Source of the DNA: Rhina ancylostomus
Taxonomy: Eukaryota
Assembly (NCBI GenBank): GCA_030265395.1
Contig: JARFYF010000065.1
Location: forward strand, 11,017,692-11,081,691
Length of the DNA: 64,000 nucleotides
Direction of reading: 5' to 3'
Shown here: positions 1 through 10,929 of the stretch, one piece after another
How positions within the stretch are numbered: the first letter of the stretch is position 1
Layout of the letters: each line of letters begins with the position of its first letter
Made by a program: the position numbers and the translations under genes
Notes under the pieces: model-generated
Database searches by the model: none
Seen by the model: only the letters and a program-made list of their open reading frames with translations
What the model was told of the DNA's origin: nothing

Positions 1-999
1 ACAGCTGTACAGATTCAGCAATGCAAGGGCCAACTCTGCAAATACTCTTTCTGATTCATTGGATGTCTTTTGTTTACCTATGTGTATTGTATCACAATCC
101 ACCAGAATATCCTACACAGCCAATCATGCCCAGTGTGATTGTGAGAGAACATTTCTCAAGAAGTTCAGAGTCTATATGGCAGGTTAGCCAGGCTGACACT
201 AATCTATAGAACTGGGCAAACTATAAATATTCATATTCCTCCACAGCTTCAAATACACCACCTGACCTGGAGTTTTCCTTCAAGTCACACACCTGGAGGT
301 TTTCATCACTGGGTCGAAATCCTAGAATCTCTTCTCAACACTGTGGAAGCACCTTAATCAAAAGGATTGCAGCAGTTTGAGGCAACACACCAGACTGTTC
401 CAAGGGCAATTAGGAATGGCTAATAAATGATGGACTTTTTCCTCATAATAATATACATCCTTTTTCTCCTCCCTTAACAGAGCCTTTTGCTATTCTGATC
501 CTTTCTTTGCAAGTCCTTAAAGAGCAGTGGAACTTCTTTCTCCTACACATGCCAGAAACCGATCTTGGTTGTAATTTCTGAGGTAACTCGTAGATAGATA
601 GTGAGGTTAAACGGTAACTTCAGAAATACATCAAAGCCTCCCTCGCTGGGGGAATACAGTGAGGGAAGGGAGTACTGAAAGGTCCATTTTACTCCTGGGC
701 ACTGTCACATGTGCAGCATTGGGAATGTGCAAAGCTGGAAACCAGGAATCTGATTCTTAAAATACACACTTGCCTTTGTTCCACATACTTTGATTTTTTT
801 AAAACAATTATTCAGCCTTAAACAATCAGATCTTAAGTCCTAATCCCTTCAAATTTCACCATTTCCTATTAGGTCAGAGATCCTGGTTAAAGTGTGGAAT
901 ACATCAAGCAGAATAAGCACAATCCTAAATGATAAAGGAGGAATGAAAGGAAAAAAATAGTAAATTTGGAAAATTAACAAACAGATTAAACTACAAAGG

Positions 1000-1948
1000 C
1001 ACTCAGAGCTTCACACACTTAAAAAACATACACTCCATTTTGCACTGGGCTGGTGTCATTTTGCCAGCGTTTGAATGTCTGGCACAGAGTGATTCCCCTT
1101 CCTCTGCACCTCTCGCCCATCGCGGTGAGGGTTCACGGTGCCCCCTACCCCACCCAACCCATTCAATCCACAGGGTTGGAAAAAGTAGAATTACAAATAA
1201 AATGGAACTGATCTCACGCGAGTTTGCAGGGAGTTAGACGCCAAGCTGGCAGCTGCATCCCTCGAACCGCTCCCCCCCGCANNNNNNNNNNNNNNNNNNN
1301 NNNNNNNCCCCCCAACCCTCAACCCCCCCACCGCTCCCTCCCCACCCCGCCCAAACCCCGACATACGCACAGTAAATCAAAGTGCTCTTGGCCACGACAT
1401 GCTCTTTTATAGAGAGAGGAATCCATGCTGTGATGGGCCATTCTGATGAGGCGTTAACAGCACAACTTCCAAGCTGAAGCCAGGCTCCCCACGTCGCCGG
1501 ACGATCACCGTTGCTTAGCAACCGCTCCACTGAGGCCACCGGAAAGCGCGGCAAACCTACACCCCCCACCCCCACACGAGCCAAAACAATACCGATAACA
1601 TATTAGCAGGTAACGGATGATAAAACTCATCGATAAAACCCCCAACAGCTTCGCCAAAAGTCCTTCTACGGGTCTTCTTTTCCTTTTCCCGCTCAATTTT
1701 GCTAAGCACGTGACCAGACCGCCGCCATTTTGATTCCTCGACGCGCACCCGTTTGTACCAAACCCTCCCCGCATTCCCTGCAAAGATTGTGTGTTTTTTC
1801 TCCCCTTCATTGATTTTAATATAATGTTTGGAAGGCTAGAGCTCCCCAGGAGGCTCAGAGACTCTCGCTCCTCCGGCTCGCTTGGCAATGTAAGAAGTAT
1901 GGAGGTGTCGGGGGCGGGAGGGAGGAGATGGCGGGGTGAGGGTGGGGG
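1000..1948 (-). other. CACNA1A: Probable CACNA1A 3' UTR (distal end not defined)
   Basis: Non-repetitive, CpG-retaining sequence directly after the stop codon. I found no clear AATAAA on the minus strand, so the left boundary is a guess. Confidence 0.55.
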
Positions 1949-2575
1949 CTAGCACCAGTCGTCCTCGTCGGTCTCACTGTAGGGTTCGTGCATCCCTTTC
2001 CTTGCGCCGGGCCCTCTCGTTTTCGTCGGCCCCAGGTTGTGGTAGTACCCGTTGGGTACCCGGCGCCCGTGCCTCGGGAGGGACACGGAGGAGGACGGTA
2101 CCCGACAAGTCCTCGGCGACCTCCCGGAACTCGTCGCCATGGCCACCTCGAAGGTCAGAGTCTCCTCCCTCGGCACGCCGTCGTAGTCGGGGCTGCGGTA
2201 ATAGTCATCGTCGTGGCACCCCAGGTAAGGCTCGGAGAGGTGGGAGCTGGGGGTGGACCACTGGCCGCTGCTCTGGCGATGCAGTCGGGGGGAGCCGTTA
2301 CGCGGGACGGTGCCTCTCTCCGTGCCAGGGGACCTGCTGCTGCTGTGCCTCTCGCCCCTTTGGTGCTCCGGGGGCGGGGGTGAGTACCGGCGTGGCACGG
2401 GGGTCGGTGTCCTGCCCTGCTNNNNNNNNNNGTTCATGGCCTTGCGGACCACGGGGGAGTAGGTGACATGCGGCCTGGGCGTGGAGGGAGTCTGGGGGAG
2501 TTGCCTGCGTCCCCTCCTCGGTGTGCTGGTACCAGAAGTGGAAGGAACTGGACTCCCACTCACAGAACTACTGCC
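1949..2575 (-). CDS. CACNA1A: CACNA1A terminal exon (exon 47, long isoform using the upstream GGCAG acceptor)
   Basis: Translates [45 protein letters not shown]...[10 protein letters not shown]...[17 protein letters not shown], matching the Cav2.1 C-terminus (RRQLPQTP motif, DDWC PDZ ligand). Acceptor AG at 2577-2576, stop TAG at 1951-1949. A 10-N gap lies at 2422-2431. Confidence 0.96.
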   Translation of the reverse strand, partial: GSSSVSGSPVPSTSGTSTPRRGRRQLPQTPSTPRPHVTYSPVVRKAMNXXXXQGRTPTPVPRRYSPPPPEHQRGERHSSSRSPGTERGTVPRNGSPRLHRQSSGQWSTPSSHLSEPYLGCHDDDYYRSPDYDGVPREETLTFEVAMATSSGRSPRTCRVPSSSVSLPRHGRRVPNGYYHNLGPTKTRGPGARKGMHEPYSETDEDDWC

Positions 2576-2577
2576 CT
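2568..2577 (-). promoter_or_regulatory. Tandem 3' splice sites of exon 47 (AG|GGCAG|TAG)
   Basis: The minus strand reads tctAG GGCAG TAG ttctgtg. The downstream AG places a stop codon as the first codon of the exon. Confidence 0.9.
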
Positions 2578-3289
2578 AGATGAAAATCGAAACAAAGCAA
2601 ATCAAAAATAAAAAATCAGGAGCAAAAACACAGACAGGAAAACCATCGGAGAAAGCAAAGAGGTAACAAAAGGAACAAAAAGAAGGAAGCAACGACCACA
2701 ACAAAAAAAGTCAAAAGAAAGTAAAAAGAGAAATTGACGTTTGTAAGTCAAGGGGTTGAGAAAGAGCAGGCATTGTGCTTTAGATAACATGGGTTTAAAA
2801 GCGCATCGCAAGGCCGTACACATTAAACAGCTTGGAGACTATGCTTGTAACTGAACAGGAGATGCCAGCACTACTGGAAGAATGAAGCCTAAACTGAAAA
2901 TGTCGGGTCTCCAGAGCCCCGTTAACCGAAAGAAAAGGTGGATTAATGTTAGCCCAGGCTAGGAAAATATATGGTGGGAAATTCGCCTGTGTTAAATGCT
3001 TGCTGTAGCTGCGGCCGCGTGTTGTATCCCATTCCAAAAATTTGGTTATATTCAGTTCGATGGAATTGGTGTAAAATGTGCAGCCAATACATGCTAACGA
3101 CCAAGAACGAATTTCCACACTGACTTCCTGCTCTCTCTGGAACTGCATGTGTATTATACCCATACCAGAGGGTGGCTACTGTGTACTCTAATCATGATGT
3201 ATCCACATTCCCCTGAAAAGTTAACTGATTGCCCTCTTGAATGTTGTGGGGGAAAAATTTGCAATTCTGTAATGCCTTTCTTGTCGATG

Positions 3290-3770
3290 TCAGGAGGTCC
3301 CAAAGTGCTTTATTTCTATAGATGGACAGTGGAGAGCATTCTGACTGGTTGCATCACATCCTGGTATGGAGGCTGCAATGCACAGGATCACAAGAGGCTG
3401 CAGAGAGTTGTAGATTCACCCAGCTCCATCACGGGCACAACTCTCCCCACCATTGAGGATATCTTCAAGAGGGGGTGCCTCAAGAAGGCAGCATCCATAC
3501 TTAAGGACCCTCAACATCTGGGATGTGCTTCCTTGTTACTACCATTGGGGAGAGGTTACAGGAGCCTGAAGACCCTCACTCAGTGATCTAGGAACATCTT
3601 CCCCTCTGCTATCAGATTTCTGAACCGTCCATGAACACTACCTCATTATTCCTCATTTTGCACTATTTATTTATTTTGTAATTTATAGTAATTTTACTTT
3701 TTTGCATTGTACCACTGCTGCAAAGCAACAAATACGACATATAAGTGAATGATAAACTTAATTCTGACTT
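3290..3770 (+). mobile_element. LINE 3' end (DUF1891-containing, Rex1/Babar/L2-type)
   Basis: The ORF track gives FYRWTVESILTGCITSWYGGCNAQDHKRLQRVV...LPLGRGYRSLKT, followed by an AT-rich tail. Confidence 0.8.
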
Positions 3771-4739
3771 TAAGTTTACATTTGAAATGTGGGAAACGTG
3801 ACAACTACCAGGCTCTGAGAAACAGTGGGTATGTTTTATAATAAATACTGACAGAGGGTTAAATGTTAATGACAACACTGGAGAACTTGACAATGTTTTT
3901 ATGAAACAGTAATATGGTTTGTAAACTGTGAATGCTGATTGAGCCTCAGATTAACCTTTCATCAGGAAGATACTTAGCCTAGATTTTTCTGTATGTTTTG
4001 GGAGTGGAATTTATTACCCACTGAGTCACAGCTAGCAAAATCTCTGCATTTTTCTTGTTTTAGTAAAGACTGTTTCTGAAATACAGATCACTTTTTGGAA
4101 GCATGATTGGTTGCAATGAAAATTAGAAAATATGAATGCATGGTTACAAATGAGGACAGTTCTCTTTGTTCTTAAATTAGTGGAGGATTTTGGTGTATTC
4201 TTTCAACAATTGTACACTGCAGCCTGTATGAGTTTCTAATAAAGGTCTTTTTCCAAGTTATCCAGTGTGTCTGCCATAAAACCAGCAACACCTAGTTAAA
4301 TCAATAAACCTCCACTTTCAGCTTACAAATCTCAAGGACCTCTCTGATCTGCATAAATGAGTTACTTATCCATCATTTGATATTTATGCAATTGAGTTCA
4401 TAATTTCTAGCTAAAACCTGATGTCATGCTTTTCCCCATCAACTTTGATCAACCCAATTTTTTTCATCAAATCTATAATCATATTTCATCTCCAACAATT
4501 GAGGCAGGTACAATAGTATAATTTAAGAAGCACTTCGTGGGTATGTGTAGGGGTGTGCTGAGAGGGATATGGGTTGAACACAGGAAATTGGGACTAGCTG
4601 GGCGGGCACTGGTTGATGTGAACTTGTTGGGCCAAAGGGCCTGTATCCATTGCTGTACTGCTCCATGACTCTAATTATAGTGCTATTCTCAGGATCTTTT
4701 TCTGTATCTGGAAGGCACATTTACCAATTAGAAGTTGCT

Positions 4740-5130
4740 TTGGGCCTCTACACTGCAGGATTATAGTCAGTTCTGGGAGTTAGTCTTTGGCACGATATAT
4801 CTGCCTTGGAAGGACTTCATAAACTAGTGAGAATTTTAGCAGGAGTCAAAGGGTTAAAACTAGGGTTGCATCTAGGAGGTGGAGTCAAAAGTTTGGAGCC
4901 TGATATAGAAAACTAGCATAGGATAATAGATTTTTGCTACTCTTGCAAATGGAAGCTGATGTTGGGTCATTTGTTAACTTAAGCCACCAATTAATCAACT
5001 TTGAGAACTAAAGCTGTTAAGGGGTGGTGGGGAAAGTAGGAACATGGAGTTACGTTACTATTCAAGATTTCAGTGATTGGTAGACCAGCCTCGAGGAGCT
5101 GCATGGCTGTTTACAGTTACCAAGGTTCCT
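4740..5130 (+). mobile_element. Degraded CR1 LINE 3' fragment
   Basis: Resembles the CR1 ORF2 C-terminus and tail seen at 16400-16720 and 57640-58480. Confidence 0.55.
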
Positions 5131-8100
5131 CAGCACTTCTAGACCAAGAAAAGGTTTTAACTAAGGTTGCCATTGGTAATCCTTATCCAAAAACCACCAG
5201 TGGGAAACTGCAGATATGTGGACATTGAAAAAGGACAGGATATGCCTCAGCTGAAGTACCCATTTGTCTTAGATAGCATGTCCAGACTCAGTATCTGCTT
5301 CCACCCAGAGAACTGAGAGAATCCAGTAATCTAGCTCATCAGGAAAGGAGAGAGTAAGATTGGAAAAGTGCACAACAATATAATGGTGACAGGAGTTAAG
5401 GATGGATATTATTCTTAGAGCCAGCACAGTGTTGATTAATTAGATTGATTTCTGGGACTTTTTGGTTTATTCTTGGACATGTGTGTTGCTAACAAGGCCT
5501 GCATATTTATTGGCCATTCTTAGTTGCCCTCCAGAAGGATTTGGATCCACCAAGAAGGTTAATAAACAGCCTCCAGTAGCACTTATTCCTTTCAGTTGTT
5601 GGAAATTCATCCAAAAATCTATTTTCACCCCCTGATAAACTGAATGACTGAGCATCCACAGCCCTTGAGTAGAAAGTTCCAAAGATACACAATGTTCTGA
5701 ATGAACGTTAAAAAGCTGTAAATGGCCAATCCCTTATCCTGAGACCTAGCCCCCTAAACACCTGTATGTTCTGTTGGGGCCTTGGGATGTAAATCAAAGG
5801 TGTTAATATCCTGTACACTGTAACTCTCACATAATGGCCACTGTTACGCTGATAAAATGTGGCAAGATCAACAATTTCCATTGATGCGATAGCTCCACAA
5901 TAGCAAACTTGAGTTGGCATATGTCACAGGAGCAACTAACAAGCAAAACCTAACACAAAACTACAAAGCTTAAAGCCAAAGCCTTGATCACGGAGCTAGG
6001 TTGAGGAGGAAAAGGAATGAGTTTTAAAGAAGGAATTCTAAACCCTTGACTTCAGCAGCTGAAGGCACAACTTCCAATGATGGAGGGATTAAATTCAGAG
6101 ATGATCAAGAGGCCAGAATTGGAAGAGTGCAGAGATATCAGAGTGATAGAGGGTAGGAAGGGATTACAGAGATTGTGGGGAGGGTGGTGGGTAGTGCAGC
6201 AATGAAACAATTTGAAAACCACACTGCTTTTACATGGATGCAAGATAAATAGAAATGCAATGCAAAGAGAAATATTAAATTCTTATTAACCTGGGAAAGT
6301 GGCTGCAGGAGCTGGTACCACAATGTTCTTCACATAAAGATGGGAATAGATTTTAGGCCAGATAATGCTAACTAAATTTTGGGATTATTTTACTGGTCAT
6401 TCCTAATTCTGCAGAAACTGGTGGTGAGTCACCCTTAAACTGCTGCAGTCTGCTTGAAGATATTCCCACAGGACTTTGGGTGGGGTGGTGAGAGCCCCAG
6501 TAACAATGGAAAAAAAACATAAAATTTTACAAGTCATGATTGTGTGGAATTTGGAGATGGGTGTGTTCACAGATACATACCTGTTTTTGTTTCAGTGGGT
6601 GGCTGCAGTGCAATTTGCAGATTGTCACACCAAGGTCACAGTGTGCACCGTGGTAGAAGGAGTGAATGTAAAGGGTTGTGTTTGAAGTACCAGTCAATTA
6701 CTTAATAATGGACATACATTACAACTAGTAGGAGGTGAATTATTATGGATGCATGTGTAAATGTGGCCCAACGAGCATTTCTTATGTGCATGTTGTAACC
6801 AATGAGGCTCAAAAGCCCCATCACCATGTTATATTGGAGGACTGGGATCTTGTTGAGAATGAGACAAAAACGGACTAAATGAAAAATTGTGGTTGAGAGA
6901 AGTGTGTGTGTGTGTGTGGGGGGGGGGAGGAGGGCNNNNNNNNNNNNNNNNNNNNNNNNNNNNNNNNNNNNNNNNNNNNNNNNNNNNNNNNNNNNNNNNN
7001 NNNNNNNNNNNNNNNNNNNNNNNNNNNNNNNNNNNGGCAGGAAGGGAAATGCTACAATAACTAGGATTCTATGCTGTTAACTGAAGTTAATTACAGCCAC
7101 ATTCTCCCAAATTCTGTGTGTGATCAGGACAACGGCATCTTACTTAACACTGTAACCACTCTGAATCTTATCAAAAATGTTATTATAGTGTCAACCATGG
7201 CTCAGTGGGTCTCACTCTTGACTATGAATCAAAAAGTTGAGGTTGAAGTTCCATCCAGAGAATTAAGCAGAAGGTTTATGATGATGCCCCAGTGCAGTAG
7301 TGAGGGAGTACTGTAGTGCTAGAAGTGCCATCTAGAAGAGACATTAACCTCTGCTCTCGCAAATGAATGTAAAAAAAGTTGCCAAGATATTCTTCCATGG
7401 TCAAATGAAGAAACTAAACTACGTGCACGCAGTGAACTGCACCACCCAAATCTGCAACCTTCACCTTCTGGAAGGACATGGGCAGCAGGAACATCATCAC
7501 CTGCAGATTTTCTATTGAGTCACGCACCATCTACCTTGGAAATATATCAGCTGTTACTTCATTATTGCCCTGTTTATATTCTGAAACTCCCTACCAACAG
7601 TACTGTGGGAAGATTGCAGCAGTTCCAAGAAGGTAACTTGACCACCTTGTTGAAGGTAATTAGGGATGGTCAATATATACTTTTCTTGCCAACAGTGTCA
7701 TGAATGAATTCAAGTTTCAAGAATGAACAGAAAAGTTCAACCTTATCGAAAGGGACACATTTCTCAAGAAAGGTAGACGTGAACCGCCAGATGATGTGCT
7801 CGCAGATGATTATCTGGAACATCTCATGCTTTAGCTTCAGACTATCAGTGGGTGCAATGCTGTAATTCAAGTAAGTATTACTTAAAGTTGAATTAAGATA
7901 GTTCACATCAGTCAGTGATTAAATGAAGAATGAGAAGCAAATTTTATTTTTATTTGTTGAGGGAATGTGGGTTCATCTTTTTCTTTCCTAGTTTGCTATC
8001 TGTGAATAGTTGTTGAGACTGGAGGGCACCACATGCAGAACAATCTCTGCTGCATGGATAAAATTGGGGAGATTAAAAGTTGTTGAAATAAAATCCAAAT

Positions 8101-9471
8101 AAATCTAATTCTTTGGTGAACTCTTGTCCTTCAGATACATCTTGTTGGAGTGGAGGAGGAGGAAACTAGCTAAGGAAATCACCTGCTACTAGGGTACAAG
8201 AGTGTGGGAAGCATTTGTTAACCAAGATGTTTAATCCGTATGGCCTATCAGCTTGTTAGAAAGCAAGAACCAGAGGGAAATAACCTTCACAATATACTTT
8301 TTGGTTCTCAGTAAAACCCACAACCAGTAATTGCATTCTTTGAATTTAGAAGAGCTACCTTCTTCACACAAGATTTGCAGAGTAATTGGCCATTAGGTTC
8401 AAGACACCAACCCTGATCCAAAGTGACACGCTCTTGCCAGTTATCACATAAAATGGGGTCAACACCACTGTAAAGCCTTGTCCATGTCACCGCCTACTAT
8501 CTGCTATGCTCCATAAGTATCCAGCAGAAAATATAATTACTGGGTATTTGGAGAAATGGGGGGAATTGGGGGGGGTGCAGATGGGAATGTTGGGTTTTCT
8601 GCCTGAGACAGAATACACTGATCNNNNNNNNNNNNNNNNNNNNNNNNNNNNNNNNNNNNNNNNNNNNAGTGGGCTAGGGCCTAGTGAAAGGTTTGTACTG
8701 CCATTCTAGTTGTAAGCAACCACCTCATAAGTGGCTGATCAAAAATTATGGCTTATCAGAATACTCCCACCATTAAAGTTTTGTGATTTTGGCACTTTAT
8801 TTTTCAGTTTGTTATCCCCTGCTAGTGTTGCCCTTCAGCTTAAAATTATTGCTCATCAGTCATCAATTACAAAATGCTGGCTATCTAATTACACTCAAAA
8901 TTTGTTTGGAATACAAGTATTGCTAAATACAAGCTCCACCAATCAGTAGATGAGATTTGGTCTACTTTTTAAACATTGAAAGCAATTTGGAAAACCCTCC
9001 CATTTGATGACAACTGATCATTTCTTTTCCTGAATAGATATTTCACATTGAACAGGAATTAAAGAGGATGGCAGTATAGGCTGAATTTAATTAACAGTCC
9101 CCTTTTACTTCCTTAAACATAAGTGAAGTGATGCTTGTGCCTGAATCCCTTTGAGCAAAGTTGTAGGGATAGGCTTTACCACCTGGTAGACTTGGTGGGT
9201 CTAGGATAAAAATTAGTATTATCTACAGCAGGAATTGCAGATAGTATTGGGTGGGATTGGGTTTGTAATTTAGGGAAAGGTGGTGTTATTTAAGTACAGC
9301 ATTGGAGCTAAGGATATCAGGGGGATTCAGTTATTTATTTCAGCAAAGGATTAATGATTTATTATGTTATATTAGGTGCCAGTTCCTCTGCGGGGTAAGT
9401 TCCATGTTGGATACATGATTGTCTATCACAGCCCTCTACACAGCCAAGATCTGTGAAGTCTGCAGACCCAC

Positions 9472-9713
9472 CTGTCTATGGGGGACACACTCGCGGCCTG
9501 CACTAGGGGATCGGGACCACCGCCTATCCCTTGATCGAGGTCTGCTGTATTCATGCCGTTCCTGGGAATAACGCTCCTTGTCAGATGATGTGTGGTGGTG
9601 GTGGTGGTGGTGATGGTGGTGCTTCCTGTCCTTGGGTCTTCCTCGCTCCCGATCCTTCTCTTTTGGAGGGAGGTCACCCGACTGTGTTGTAGTACTGAGA
9701 TCTGTTCCGAGCC
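9472..9713 (-). CDS. CACNA1A: CACNA1A exon 46 (poly-His exon)
   Basis: ag|GG CTC GGA ACA GAT...AGA CAG|gtgggt; 242 nt; [31 protein letters not shown](H)10[40 protein letters not shown]. Phase 1 to 0 fits both neighbours. Confidence 0.96.
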
Positions 9714-10929
9714 CTATATCAATAAAAGCTGATCATTTAGGCAAAGAAAAAGAAATCGGAAAAAGTTTAGAAAGAAAGACTTGCATTTATAGAGCACCTT
9801 AATATTTCTCTCAGTAACTAAATATATCTAAATATGTATAATTATTTTGACGATTGGTATAGACGCCATCTATTTTGACAATAGTTTCCCAAGCCACCCA
9901 TCTTTGACTGTTTCACCTTCCGTTAATGCAGATGCCTGGACATGTTGCTGAATGGAGATGTTTTGGCTTTTATATATGGATGAGAGAACTACTGGCAAAG
10001 CTAGCATTTATTGCCCATTCCAACAATCTGAGAAGGTGGTGTTGAGTCACTTTGAACTACTGAATTCCATGTGGTGTAGGTGCTCCCACAGTAGCCTTAT
10101 GGACTTCCAGGATTTGTACCCAGTGATGATGAAGGAACGGTGGTATATTTTCAACTGTTGTGTAAATCTTGCAAGAAAACCTGCAAGTGGTGTCTGAACT
10201 GCCAGTTGCCTTTGTCCAAGATAGTGGAGGATGTGGGTTTGGAGGTGATGTTGAAATAGCAAGATAGTGGTTATTCTCATGCACCATTGATACTGTGGTC
10301 AGCTACCACCTCAACATTGATATAAATTATTGATACAAGCTGCAGGGTTGCATGAGGACCCATTAGCCAGAAGTATGCACTTGCCACTTGATCTTAGTGA
10401 AGGGTCAGTATCCTGACCAGCTGATGCCTCCTCTCTGAAGAAGTAGTTATCAAAACTTTAGTTCTTGTAAGCATAAGAGATGGTCTCTTGCTTAATAAAT
10501 GTGTGCACAGTAGACCATCCATCGTATCTGAAGTTGCCTGGCTGGCATAGTGCCATTATAACATCCACTTAGAATGCATGGCATTACACTGGTCGAGCTC
10601 TGTGAAAATATCCTCCAGGCAGTTGTGCTGAAGATGGTCTTCGTCTGGCACATCCAGGTATAAATGGCAGTCCACAGACACAGATCTTGAGTCGCTGTTG
10701 GAACCTCTCTTGTGCCACCCCCCACCCATGAACGTCTTCCTCATCTGCATTCTGAGAAACCCAAGAAAGATTCTGTTGCATATTTGGGGCTAGACTGTGA
10801 ATGAAGCTGAACGTCCTGGGCACTTCAAAATAACGGCATGGTCTAAAAGGAAAAGTGGGTGAACAGCTGCTGCTTACTCATATCCTATGTCCATATGACT
10901 TGCCTACACATCATACATAAAAGTATCAT

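Noticed and set aside
1936-2466. Plus-strand ORFs of 176 and 131 aa
   Set aside because: Antisense shadows of the GC-rich exon 47 with no recognisable protein.
10300-10830. Coding-looking stretch with overlapping short ORFs
   Set aside because: No recognisable motif; probably decayed transposon sequence, but I cannot assign it.
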